This document shows, piece by piece, positions 47,078-56,204 of a DNA stretch of 64,000 nt. Origin of the DNA: a phage; the sequence record PZ386967.1; one strand, 5' to 3'. The stretch's first letter is position 1, and each line of letters starts with the position of its first letter. The notes under the pieces were generated by a model. That model did no database searches, had not been told where the DNA came from, and saw only the letters and a program-made list of their open reading frames with translations. The translations under genes and the position numbers were made by a program.

Positions 47078-47692
47078 ATGACGATGACAACGTTGAAGGC
47101 CATGGCCTTGTCCGTGACCTTTACCATTGCCAGCGGGAATGTGCACGCTTCCCAAAGTACCACCCAATGTGATTATAATTTCTCCGAGCAACAACTCAAT
47201 ACACTGGCAACTGCCTACCATGTAGGCAAGACACAAGACCTTGGTTACACCCTGGCTGCAATATCCTGGCGAGAGAGCCGCGCTGGTGAAGATGTAGTGT
47301 CAATGCGATACGGCCTCAAGGCGGCCAACATGGGAGCCTTTCAGAACAAGGTGAAGACAGTTGGTGATCGCGAAGGTTGTAAGAATCGCAAGTGCTATGC
47401 CAATGTCGCCATAAAGTTGCTGACCGACCAAGAATATGCCGCGCAAGCCGCCCTCGATGAGATGCAGTTCTGGCTGACCTATCACAATCAGAATATCCGC
47501 AAATCCCTCTCCTCTTACAATGCTGGCTTCGCCCGTAATCCTGCATCGAACGCTTATGCTGCCGACGTCGTGAAGAAAGCTAAATATCTTCAGAAATGTG
47601 TGTCTTTCGAAGGCCGGACCATCTCCGAGGTAGATCCTCGGGTGATCGCCATGAACAAGCACACAATAGAGAAACTGAAGAGGACAAGATAA
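47078..47692 (+). CDS. Secreted lytic-transglycosylase-like protein (SLT domain)
   Basis: Signal peptide MTMTTLKAMALSVTFTIASGNVHA|S; AISWRESRAGE (catalytic ES), MGAFQ, SYNAG resemble SLT-domain motifs. Confidence 0.5.
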   Translation: MTMTTLKAMALSVTFTIASGNVHASQSTTQCDYNFSEQQLNTLATAYHVGKTQDLGYTLAAISWRESRAGEDVVSMRYGLKAANMGAFQNKVKTVGDREGCKNRKCYANVAIKLLTDQEYAAQAALDEMQFWLTYHNQNIRKSLSSYNAGFARNPASNAYAADVVKKAKYLQKCVSFEGRTISEVDPRVIAMNKHTIEKLKRTR

Positions 47693-48330
47693 TGAACATC
47701 ACTCCATCTCAGGCCGGATATGAACATATCTTGGTCTTCATTGCTCTACAGGGTGCGAAGGAAGGCATCATCGTATCCGAGTACTCAGGCACGGTTCGCC
47801 TTGCCGATTATGTCGCACCAGAGGCATTTATCAAGAAGTGTATTGACGCATGGTGTCTCTATGCCCTCAGCACATACCCTGCTCCTCCTGAGGGTGAGCT
47901 GTTGTTTACTGTACCGACTCCGGCTGTTGGGGATACGGATGCCATCTTTGCCGATATGCTGGCGAAGGGGTATCTGGTGTATGACATCACCCACGATGTC
48001 TACTCTTTTACTTCGCTGAACACCGTGTTTGGATTCACCATCACATCTGAAGCCAACATCCCTGACTGGGGTATCTTGGCATGGGGTGTTGACGGCCTGG
48101 GTGCAACCTACGCATCGTCTGACGTCGGTGCAGTTCTGATTGATGAGGGTGTCACCATGGAGCAGTACCTTGCCCAGTTCCCTCAGCACAATATCACAGG
48201 CAGCGACATCATTTTGGTCCAGCCTGGCGCTATCGCTCTCCCCCGTTTGGTGGATGGATGGAATCCTCGGCTGAAGGGCATCATCGCAGGTATTCGATCC
48301 CACATTCCGATTGTGAATCCGACGCCGTAA
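47692..48330 (+). CDS. Hypothetical protein (212 aa)
   Basis: Start overlaps the upstream stop (TAATG). Confidence 0.45.
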   Translation: MNITPSQAGYEHILVFIALQGAKEGIIVSEYSGTVRLADYVAPEAFIKKCIDAWCLYALSTYPAPPEGELLFTVPTPAVGDTDAIFADMLAKGYLVYDITHDVYSFTSLNTVFGFTITSEANIPDWGILAWGVDGLGATYASSDVGAVLIDEGVTMEQYLAQFPQHNITGSDIILVQPGAIALPRLVDGWNPRLKGIIAGIRSHIPIVNPTP

Positions 48331-48343
48331 AATAATTCAATAA

Positions 48344-48388
48344 AAGGGGCTTTTGCCCCTTTACTTCTTCAATATCCTTCCCTATACT
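48344..48388 (+). promoter_or_regulatory. Terminator plus T4-type early promoter cassette
   Basis: Hairpin AAGGGGC-TTTT-GCCCCTT, then -35 TTTACT (48360-48365), 17 bp, -10 TATACT (48383-48388); conserved leader. Confidence 0.55.
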
Positions 48389-48436
48389 TCATTCCATAAG
48401 CAACACAACACCAACTTGAAAAGCAGGAACTACACC

Positions 48437-48712
48437 ATGAAAATTATCCTCGACGCATATATCCGCCACGGTCAGAAATACCTGATGGCCAAGGTTTACG
48501 ACGGCGAAGAATTGATCCACGCCCAGACCGCCCCAGCTGCCCAGCTGCGAGAAATCATGTCACGCGACTTCCCTGGTGTTGAAATGGTAGAGCCTACCAA
48601 CCAGGCCGAAGTAGACAAAGAGTGGGAGCGCGAATGGAGTCCAGCGGCTATCGCTCGGGCTGAAAAGAATTGGTCTAACCGCGAAAACGCAAACCGCCCT
48701 TTCCGCCGTTAA
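48437..48712 (+). CDS. Hypothetical protein (91 aa)
   Basis: ATG in conserved GGAACTACACCATG context. Confidence 0.45.
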   Translation: MKIILDAYIRHGQKYLMAKVYDGEELIHAQTAPAAQLREIMSRDFPGVEMVEPTNQAEVDKEWEREWSPAAIARAEKNWSNRENANRPFRR

Positions 48713-48734
48713 TTTGAACCGAAGGAACTATATC

Positions 48735-49070
48735 ATGACACAACTCAAGAACTTCACCGCCGATGACATGTTTGCCTTCCAGGGTGCTGAGCACTTTGCT
48801 GACGGCTCCGTACCTCGCATCTACTACTTCTCCGACGAAGAAATGGAAGATTTCTTCGCCCTGATGGAAAAGGACTACGAACCAGACGACTTCGTTTATA
48901 TCATCCATCACGCCGAAGGACTGACATTGGGCTGGACGGCCAACAATGAACCAGAAGAAGTAAACTTCCCTGAAGGTATCATGTCAGAGCGCGTCGAATA
49001 TCTACTGGAAGCCCTGGACCCCCACACCCTCCCGCTCTGGGCGATGTCTGTAGCCCAAGTTCAAAAATAA
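48735..49070 (+). CDS. Hypothetical acidic protein (111 aa)
   Basis: ATG in conserved GGAACTATATCATG context. Confidence 0.45.
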   Translation: MTQLKNFTADDMFAFQGAEHFADGSVPRIYYFSDEEMEDFFALMEKDYEPDDFVYIIHHAEGLTLGWTANNEPEEVNFPEGIMSERVEYLLEALDPHTLPLWAMSVAQVQK

Positions 49071-49145
49071 GATAAGGGGGCTGACGCTCCCTTTTGGTTT
49101 CGCTAATTAGAAGAAACCGCCGTTAATTCAATCAGGAGATATAAA

Positions 49146-52130
49146 ATGTCAAAGCCAAGTTTCCTCCAGTTCATGCAGGAAAGAGATCAGTTGGACGAAG
49201 CGTTCAACTCCGCTCCGTATGAGCTGACCATGGGTAAGAAGAACGCAGGCGATGTGTTCTTCACCTTCGTCGACGAAGATGATAAGGAATACCGCATTCA
49301 GTTCTATACTCCTCAGGGACTGGGCAAGAGCGTTCGTCAGGTTTTCATCGGCCAGAAGCGCGGCTCCGTCTATCCTGACGCCATCGCTCGCTTCAAGAAC
49401 CCAATGCGCGTTATTGCTTCCATGATCGAAGCGACCAAACAATTCATGGCGACTCCTCTGGGCAAAACTATCGATGGCTATGCTGTCAACTTCTCGAAGA
49501 AAGCGCTGGATCGCGGTATGACCCTGATTCCTAAGATCATCCGCCAGTCCGGTCTGAAGCAGAAACTGAATGTCATGGACCTGACCTACGCGCCTGTCCC
49601 TGACCGTGGTTATGTGTGGCTAGTTCGTAAGGGCAAAGATCCGGCTCAGGTATTCGACGGTCCGAAGATGCAGGGTATCACCTGGGATGATCCAGACAAG
49701 GTCGGTGACGTTCCGGTTCAGAACAATACTCCGGATGTGGGTGTGTCATCTTCTGTTGATAATTCCAACGGATGGAAATTAACTTCAAACGGGGATCAGC
49801 CCATGTTGATATGGGCTGGTAAGGAGAGAGGCCGCACGAATACGGCAAATATCGCTCCCCACTACAATGAGCCGGGCGTGTATGTTGGCGCATACATGAA
49901 TGAGAAACCTGTGCGTGGGCAAAGTGCTGATTTCATTGCTCGTCAGTTGAAATTACCACAAGTCCCTATCAGTATCCTGAATGATTTCACCACGGCGTCC
50001 ACAAAATTTTGGAAAGGTTCTCAACAGAAATCTGCGCCTGTTGTGCCGGCAGGTTCGGACAGAAATAACCCAGCCAACATTATCGGTTCTGGAACTGCTG
50101 TTATTGATGCCAAACGGCTTGGTGCTCAGGAAGTAAACGTGGAACGATTCAAAAACGGCGTTCGCATGCGTTCTCGAAACGGTGACGTCGACATCAGTAT
50201 TTCTGACCCAGACTTTTCAAATGCAGCAAGTGCGGCTGATGCTGCCACAGCCTCTGTTGTGGTCAAGAACGGGCGTTACGAAGGTGCCATCAATTCAAAG
50301 CGCAAGATTGCCCGCACCTCGAACGAGCAGGGTACTGAATGGGATATCATCGGTGTCAACGGGGAAACCCTTGTCTCTATCAAGTTGAACAAAGTGTCTA
50401 AATCCACATCAGATTCGACCGAGGGTGCAACCAGTGTTGATCAATTACGTGACAGCGGTTTCATCGCTCGTGTTCTGGGTATCATTGATACCAACGTTGG
50501 GCTGGACACTTCTATTCTTCCTGGTGAAAACATCCGTCGCGTGGGCGCTGGTCGTTACACGACGGCAGGCGGGTTGGTTATCGTTGTCAACTTCACAAAC
50601 GTCCTCGCTGGTTTCGTTCAATACTCAGTTTTCAGCGAAATTGCTGAAGAGGAGAACGTGGCCAAAGGTAGCGCCCGTGACGTCGCCAAGGCGGTAATTG
50701 CGTCCATCTTTGAGGTTGCTAAGACCCAGTACACTGGCAAATGGGAAATTAGCGCAGTGCCAACAAGCGCTCCATATCCTATCAAAGCCATTCGCCGTTC
50801 TCGGGGCTGGGGTTATGTGGAAACCGCAAACTGGACTCTGACAGTGTCCGACGCTGTCCTGAATCGTGTGAAGCCAGGGAACACTGCTCTACTGGAACTC
50901 ATCAAAGAACCTCCGCGTGGCAAGCACCCGCTGGAAATCATCCCAGAGAAGGGCGACAAGACCCTGATGCTGAAAGATCGTATCACCGGGGCCATCTATG
51001 GTTCTATCGACCTGAATGCCCAAGGCGCTGATCTGGTCAACTCTGGAACCCTGAAGATACCAAGCAACGCCATGGTGTTTGGTGAGACTGTCAACGGTAT
51101 GTCCATTCGGTGGGATGTCAATTTCCCCGAAACGGGAAAATACGCCGGTACTTCTATGATAACCAACGTGACCTATTACTACGACAAAGGTAAAGTTGCA
51201 TTCACCCCAATTGTCTCTCAGAAAGGGCGTACCCTGAACAATCCGAAGACATATGAACTTCCTTTAAACAAAGATATGGTCCAGAGTGTGATTGATGAGA
51301 TTTCATCAAAAATGGTATATCTTTCCAGAAACCTCCAACAGTTGAAAAGTCAGTCATACAACCCAAACCAGGTGTTCTTGAACGATATAACCATCACGGA
51401 TAAAGGTGAAGTGATTTGGAATGATTACAACTTGTCTGACGGCAAAGTTACACAAATTATGCTGTCCATGATAAGCGCAGAAAATAAACGCCTGGAGAAA
51501 GTAGCAAACACGCCGGATATCAATATCACATTGCCCAAGAAACAAGCTGAAGTGGTAGAATTTATAAACCGGATGATCGATGTCGATCTCACCCCTTATG
51601 TGAGAACCCCCAAAAAACGTGATGTGGTATTATTTGACTCTTCTGAATTGTCGATAAACCAACTCAACAACATAGAACGCCTGGGAAGAGAAACAGGAAA
51701 ATGGTCTCTTCAGCCAAACGGTGGTATGGGTCATGCACTACTTCTGAAAAGCACGTCGCACAATCCGAAGGACGACCTTGCGGCATACGCCGACTCCATT
51801 CGCGACAACGCACCAAAAGGTCGCGACCTGGATTGGCAGATCTATGCAAGCCGTGATGGTCAGACTCTGAACGTGGACTGGGATATCACCTTCCGCCGCA
51901 ACACAACTGAAGGGGCATATCGCGAGTTCAAAGCTCAGATTGACCGCGCCAACCAGTACCTGCAGACACTGTACCGGGATGCGAAGTCCAAGGGTTACAA
52001 CCCGACTGAACCAAACCTGATGACTCTGGATAGCGCCCAGCAGTCTGACCAGTGGGCACGAGACTACGGGGAAGGCGCATACAGCGAGTACGAGCAGTCC
52101 CTGGGTGGCAACATGCAGATTAAGATCTGA
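49146..52130 (+). CDS. Large (994 aa) protein with internal-protein-like N-terminal capsid targeting sequence; candidate packaged/injected protein
   Basis: N-terminus MSKPSFLQFMQERDQLDE|AF resembles the T4 targeting sequence with L-x-E cleavage motif; RBS AGGAGA; no catalytic family recognised. Confidence 0.55.
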   Translation: MSKPSFLQFMQERDQLDEAFNSAPYELTMGKKNAGDVFFTFVDEDDKEYRIQFYTPQGLGKSVRQVFIGQKRGSVYPDAIARFKNPMRVIASMIEATKQFMATPLGKTIDGYAVNFSKKALDRGMTLIPKIIRQSGLKQKLNVMDLTYAPVPDRGYVWLVRKGKDPAQVFDGPKMQGITWDDPDKVGDVPVQNNTPDVGVSSSVDNSNGWKLTSNGDQPMLIWAGKERGRTNTANIAPHYNEPGVYVGAYMNEKPVRGQSADFIARQLKLPQVPISILNDFTTASTKFWKGSQQKSAPVVPAGSDRNNPANIIGSGTAVIDAKRLGAQEVNVERFKNGVRMRSRNGDVDISISDPDFSNAASAADAATASVVVKNGRYEGAINSKRKIARTSNEQGTEWDIIGVNGETLVSIKLNKVSKSTSDSTEGATSVDQLRDSGFIARVLGIIDTNVGLDTSILPGENIRRVGAGRYTTAGGLVIVVNFTNVLAGFVQYSVFSEIAEEENVAKGSARDVAKAVIASIFEVAKTQYTGKWEISAVPTSAPYPIKAIRRSRGWGYVETANWTLTVSDAVLNRVKPGNTALLELIKEPPRGKHPLEIIPEKGDKTLMLKDRITGAIYGSIDLNAQGADLVNSGTLKIPSNAMVFGETVNGMSIRWDVNFPETGKYAGTSMITNVTYYYDKGKVAFTPIVSQKGRTLNNPKTYELPLNKDMVQSVIDEISSKMVYLSRNLQQLKSQSYNPNQVFLNDITITDKGEVIWNDYNLSDGKVTQIMLSMISAENKRLEKVANTPDINITLPKKQAEVVEFINRMIDVDLTPYVRTPKKRDVVLFDSSELSINQLNNIERLGRETGKWSLQPNGGMGHALLLKSTSHNPKDDLAAYADSIRDNAPKGRDLDWQIYASRDGQTLNVDWDITFRRNTTEGAYREFKAQIDRANQYLQTLYRDAKSKGYNPTEPNLMTLDSAQQSDQWARDYGEGAYSEYEQSLGGNMQIKI

Positions 52131-52154
52131 TCATTGAAAGCCCCTTCGGGGGCT

Positions 52155-52162
52155 TATAAATA
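52155..52162 (+). promoter_or_regulatory. T4-type late promoter (TATAAATA)
   Basis: Exact TATAAATA 26 nt upstream of the ATG at 52188. Confidence 0.5.
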
Positions 52163-52187
52163 ACTGAAATCCCCGAGGAGAGATCCA

Positions 52188-52493
52188 ATGAAACCTTTTA
52201 TCGAATATTTTAAAGAACAAGCCGCTCAACCCCAGACCCATGCTGGTGTCCAGGGTAAGACCGTATCCATCACCAAGCAAGCTGACGGCACCCAGTGGTG
52301 TTCCGGCGCTACCGTGACCCAGATTACCCCTGACAATCAGGCGGATGTATATAACCTGGAGTTAACCAACGGCAACACTATCAAGGTGAAGCTGACCCCA
52401 GACCAGACTCACGGTATCTCCCAAGGTCAGGAAGTCGTTGCTGTTCATGACGGCTTCGAATTCTTCTTTGGCAAGTCTATCGACAAAGACTAA
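52188..52493 (+). CDS. Internal-protein-like small protein with capsid targeting sequence
   Basis: MKPFIEYFKE|QAA resembles T4 IPI/IPII/IPIII N-termini; canonical late promoter and RBS GAGGAGA upstream. Confidence 0.5.
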   Translation: MKPFIEYFKEQAAQPQTHAGVQGKTVSITKQADGTQWCSGATVTQITPDNQADVYNLELTNGNTIKVKLTPDQTHGISQGQEVVAVHDGFEFFFGKSIDKD

Positions 52494-52578
52494 GTGAAAC
52501 CATCAAGATGACTCTTGTCAAGCCATGATCATAATCCCCCTTAAATACAGGGGGATTTCTTTTTCTGAGGACAACATC

Positions 52579-52932
52579 ATGGTCAATGCGAGTATTTTCA
52601 TCAACCGTGGACTGCTTGCTATAGCCCACTCTCATGCCTTGCACTTCGTTACAACATCCTATGCCAAGCACAAGGCACTCGGGGAGTTCTACGGGGAATT
52701 GGAGGGCTTGCTGGACACGTTTACCGAAGCATACATCGGTGCGGGTGGTCAGTATGTTCCATCATTCGAGAATATCAAATTGTACAACCCAGACCCTATC
52801 TCCTATATTAACAGTGTGGTGATAGACGTCGATGGCATCTACAAGCAGTGTGACTCCCACCTTCAGAGCACTCTTGACGATATCAAGACACTGTGCTACC
52901 AGACGATCTACAAACTGAAGCAGCTGTCGTAA
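52579..52932 (+). CDS. Hypothetical protein (117 aa)
   Basis: Internal ATG of the track ORF with RBS GAGGA 8 nt upstream. Confidence 0.4.
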   Translation: MVNASIFINRGLLAIAHSHALHFVTTSYAKHKALGEFYGELEGLLDTFTEAYIGAGGQYVPSFENIKLYNPDPISYINSVVIDVDGIYKQCDSHLQSTLDDIKTLCYQTIYKLKQLS

Positions 52933-53175
52933 GTCAATACGAAATAAAGGCATATAATTTTGCTCATTATTCGCCAAAAGGAAAGGACAATGAGCAAAAT
53001 CTTTACCCCGACACATGCGCAGCTACATGAATCTCTTGGACGGCTTCGCCCACTTCGAGCGCAACACGGCTGATAAACAGAATATATTGTATGGGGCTTG
53101 ACGACAACTGTGTATAGCTCAAAGTCGTGATGTAGACTATACTGTGACCGAAGTGTTCCAGAGGCAGAAGATCTA

Positions 53176-54237
53176 ATGAAATTTCTTGATGAACAATTCA
53201 TAAATTACGTTGCTCCTAGACTCGATAAATTCAAGTGGGAACGTGTTGGGTCTGTCGCAAATTTTAGATGCCCAATTTGTGGAGATTCTCTCAAAAGTGC
53301 TAACAAGCGACGCGGTTATTTTTTCTTCGATCGAGATAATGATTGCTTTCGGTTTAAATGTCATAATTGCCATAACATGAGTGGCTGGGCGTTTGAGTTC
53401 TGGTTGAAGAAGTTTGATGAACGCTTGTCCACTGAGTACAACATGGAGAAGTTCCGTCTGCTGGGTGATTCATCTTCCAAGCCGCTCCCGGCGCTGAAGC
53501 CTTTGCCAAAGCTGACACAATCAGCCCGTATCGGTTCAATGGAGGCTAAACGCGACGAGAGCCTCCTCGGCAATATGCTCCGGCTTGATCTGCTACCGCC
53601 TGACCATAAGGCTCGGCAGTACGTACAGGGCAGGGGAATGCCGGAGAGCACGTTGCCCCTCCTGTATTACACCCAACACTTCCGCCAGGATCTACTCCAG
53701 TTCGAAACGAATCCCGAGAAGCAGCTGAAAATCCCCGATGACGAGCGGCTGGTGATTCCGTTCTGGACTCAGGATGGTCGCATGAAGATCGTCCAGGGAC
53801 GTGCATTTGAAGTGCGTGATGGGGTACTGCGTTACTCTACTGTCAAGCCGCGCGATGAAGACACTAAGGTCTATGGTGAAGACCGGGTGAACTTTCACAA
53901 GACCAAGCTGGTTGTGGAAGGTCCGATTGACAGCCTGTTCCTACCCAACTGTCTTGCATCAGCCGACGCCGATCTACTGAGTGTGAAGGGTGACATCTAT
54001 ATCCCCGACAACCAGTACCGAAACCCGCAGGTATGTGATGGCATTCAGAAGATGATAGATAAAGGTGTCAAGGTCGTCCTCTTCCCGCCGAACATTCCGT
54101 GGAAGGACATCAATGATATGGTCATGCCTTCGAAGGGTAACATGGCCATACGAGACCTCCTGAAGCTGATTGCACAGAACGTCTACCAGGGGATGGCCGC
54201 ATCACTGCAATTTGCTGAACTGAGGAAAGTGAGATGA
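53176..54237 (+). CDS. gp61: DNA primase (gp61-like)
   Basis: Zinc ribbon FRCPICGDS...FKCHNCHN; LVIPFW, QGRAF, VEGPIDSLFL and C-terminal NIPWKDINDM align with T4 gp61. Confidence 0.8.
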   Translation: MKFLDEQFINYVAPRLDKFKWERVGSVANFRCPICGDSLKSANKRRGYFFFDRDNDCFRFKCHNCHNMSGWAFEFWLKKFDERLSTEYNMEKFRLLGDSSSKPLPALKPLPKLTQSARIGSMEAKRDESLLGNMLRLDLLPPDHKARQYVQGRGMPESTLPLLYYTQHFRQDLLQFETNPEKQLKIPDDERLVIPFWTQDGRMKIVQGRAFEVRDGVLRYSTVKPRDEDTKVYGEDRVNFHKTKLVVEGPIDSLFLPNCLASADADLLSVKGDIYIPDNQYRNPQVCDGIQKMIDKGVKVVLFPPNIPWKDINDMVMPSKGNMAIRDLLKLIAQNVYQGMAASLQFAELRKVR

Positions 54238-54440
54238 CATTAGAAGAACTGAACAAACTGGACGACGGAGAGATCTTGCGGGGGTACTTGAAATCTCGTG
54301 AGGGATATGTCCTATCTGGGGAAGAGTCTCCGAGTTTCATCCACGGCTGGAAGAATGGTCAGGTGGACTTCCATGGGGTTCCCATCAGTGCTGAGCAAGC
54401 CGAATTGGCTCGCGAGTTTGTAAGATTTCGCCCGAACTAA
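54234..54440 (+). CDS. Hypothetical protein (68 aa)
   Basis: Start overlaps the primase stop (ATGA). Confidence 0.4.
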   Translation: MTLEELNKLDDGEILRGYLKSREGYVLSGEESPSFIHGWKNGQVDFHGVPISAEQAELAREFVRFRPN

Positions 54441-54468
54441 AACTTTTTACTTCACATTACTTCCATCC

Positions 54469-54563
54469 AGGCCTCATTCGACGAGGCCTTTTAAAATACT
54501 TCAAAAATAATTTTAAAAAATTATTGAAAAAGACTTTACTCTTCAATAATGATGCACTATTAT
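54469..54563 (+). promoter_or_regulatory. Terminator followed by AT-rich region and T4-type early promoter
   Basis: Hairpin AGGCCTC-ATTCGAC-GAGGCCT with T-run; -35 TTTACT 54535-54540, 17 bp, -10 TATTAT 54558-54563. Confidence 0.55.
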
Positions 54564-54636
54564 AGTTCACATAGGGCGGTAACACACCGCCGAATGAAAA
54601 GTGAAATGAACCAACTACATTATGAGGAATTACATC

Positions 54637-55125
54637 ATGGCTACCACCAAAACTCTGATCACCAACGGCACCATCTCTTTCGAACTGAACACCGAAGTTG
54701 CTAAAGTTGAAATGTTCCGCATCGCTCAGGCAGCTGGCTTCACTGGTGGCAAAACTTCCTTCATGAACCTGCTGAACGGTAAAGTGAAAGCGACTAACGG
54801 CTTCACCCTGGTAGAGCAGGTTGTGGTTGATAAAGCTGTGGTTGCTAAGACTGCCGACAAAGTTGGTATGCTGAAAAACCTGGGTCACGACATCCACATT
54901 GTCGAAGCAAGCACCGAAACTTACGGCACCATCGTAGTCGGTAAAGGTCGCATCCAGCTGAACCCGCTGAACAACGGTTCCTTCTCTGTGATGGTCTTCC
55001 CTAAGAAGGGGTACGACAACACCGACATCGTGAAAGCTGTTGGCGGCGAAGCAAAAGCTCAGTACGTCAAAATGGGTAAACTGAGCGCCGACGCAGTTGA
55101 AGCTCTGGTGAACAAACTGGCTTAA
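54637..55125 (+). CDS. Hypothetical protein (162 aa), likely early gene
   Basis: Early promoter cassette and RBS GAGGA upstream; Ala/Val/Lys/Thr-rich composition. Confidence 0.5.
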   Translation: MATTKTLITNGTISFELNTEVAKVEMFRIAQAAGFTGGKTSFMNLLNGKVKATNGFTLVEQVVVDKAVVAKTADKVGMLKNLGHDIHIVEASTETYGTIVVGKGRIQLNPLNNGSFSVMVFPKKGYDNTDIVKAVGGEAKAQYVKMGKLSADAVEALVNKLA

Positions 55126-55307
55126 TCCAGACGTGTAACATAGGGGAGGCAACTCCCCCTATCAGGTCTTTGGAGGAGATCGCAGTCATTCAATCCTCTT
55201 TGGTGCTCTCTGGGTTGCTGACACATCCAGAACAAAGTCTCCCCCAGCTCCTCGAGTAGTTCACTTTCACTTTAAATACCTCTGCATTCATTGTGGAGGT
55301 ATTTCTT

Positions 55308-56102
55308 ATGGCCATTCTAAAACTTGGCAACCGTGGCACTGAAGTGAAGGCACTTCAGAATAGCCTCAACAAAATCGGCTTCACCCTCGTCGCTGATGGT
55401 ATCTTTGGCAAGGCAACAGAGAACGCCGTCAAGACTGTTCAGGCGGGTGCGGGGCTTGTCATTGATGGTATCGTGGGTCCAAAGACCTCCTATGCTATTC
55501 GCAACGCCGGAGACGCCCATCAGGATCATCTAACTGAGTCAGACCTGATTGATGCTGCTAACGATCTGGGTGTTGACCTCGCCTCTGTCAAGGCGGTGAA
55601 TCAGGTTGAGTCGCGCGGCACGGGCTTCACCAAGTCAGGTAAGATCAAGACATTATTTGAGCGCCACATCATGTATAAGAAGCTGATGGCGAAGTTCGGA
55701 CAGGCTCGAGCGAATGCCATGGGACATATGTACCCGACGTTGGTCAGTCCTTCCGCAGGCGGGTACACGGGAGGCGACGCGGAGTTGGATCGACTTCATG
55801 CGGCCATCAACATCGATGAGGATTGTGCGTACGAGAGCGCCTCTTACGGTCTCTTCCAGATCATGGGATTCAACTGCCAGATCTGTGGATATGCCAACGC
55901 CAAGGAGATGTTCAACGACTTCCTGACAGGAGAACGTGCTCATTTGATGGCATTCGTGAAGTTCATCAAGGCTGACGCCAAGCTCTGGCAGGCTCTGAAG
56001 GACAAGAACTGGTCTGAATTTGCACGGCGCTATAATGGTCCGGCGTATGCCAAGAACCAGTACGACAAGAAGCTCGCAGCAGCATACAAGAGTTTCAGTT
56101 AA
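55308..56102 (+). CDS. Endolysin: N-terminal peptidoglycan-binding domain plus C-terminal muramidase-like domain
   Basis: LKLGNRGTEVKALQNSLNKIGF...DGIFGKATENAVKTVQ is a PG_binding_1-type repeat; C-terminal EDCAYESASYGLFQIMGFN...YNGPAY resembles DUF3380-type N-acetylmuramidases; RBS GGAGGT. Confidence 0.7.
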   Translation: MAILKLGNRGTEVKALQNSLNKIGFTLVADGIFGKATENAVKTVQAGAGLVIDGIVGPKTSYAIRNAGDAHQDHLTESDLIDAANDLGVDLASVKAVNQVESRGTGFTKSGKIKTLFERHIMYKKLMAKFGQARANAMGHMYPTLVSPSAGGYTGGDAELDRLHAAINIDEDCAYESASYGLFQIMGFNCQICGYANAKEMFNDFLTGERAHLMAFVKFIKADAKLWQALKDKNWSEFARRYNGPAYAKNQYDKKLAAAYKSFS

Positions 56103-56106
56103 CTCA

Positions 56107-56130
56107 AAGGCCGGAAACGGCCTTTTCTTT
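56107..56130 (+). terminator. Rho-independent terminator after endolysin
   Basis: AAGGCCG-GAAA-CGGCCTT followed by TTCTTT. Confidence 0.65.
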
Positions 56131-56204
56131 ATCCAATCCTCAGGTATGCTGGGGTTGTCACCTTAATTAGAGGTGATGACACCCTGAGATATAGGAAGGT
56201 TCCC

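Noticed and set aside
54457-55152. 231-aa minus-strand ORF
   Set aside because: Opposite the + strand gene 54637..55125, which has an early promoter cassette and strong RBS.
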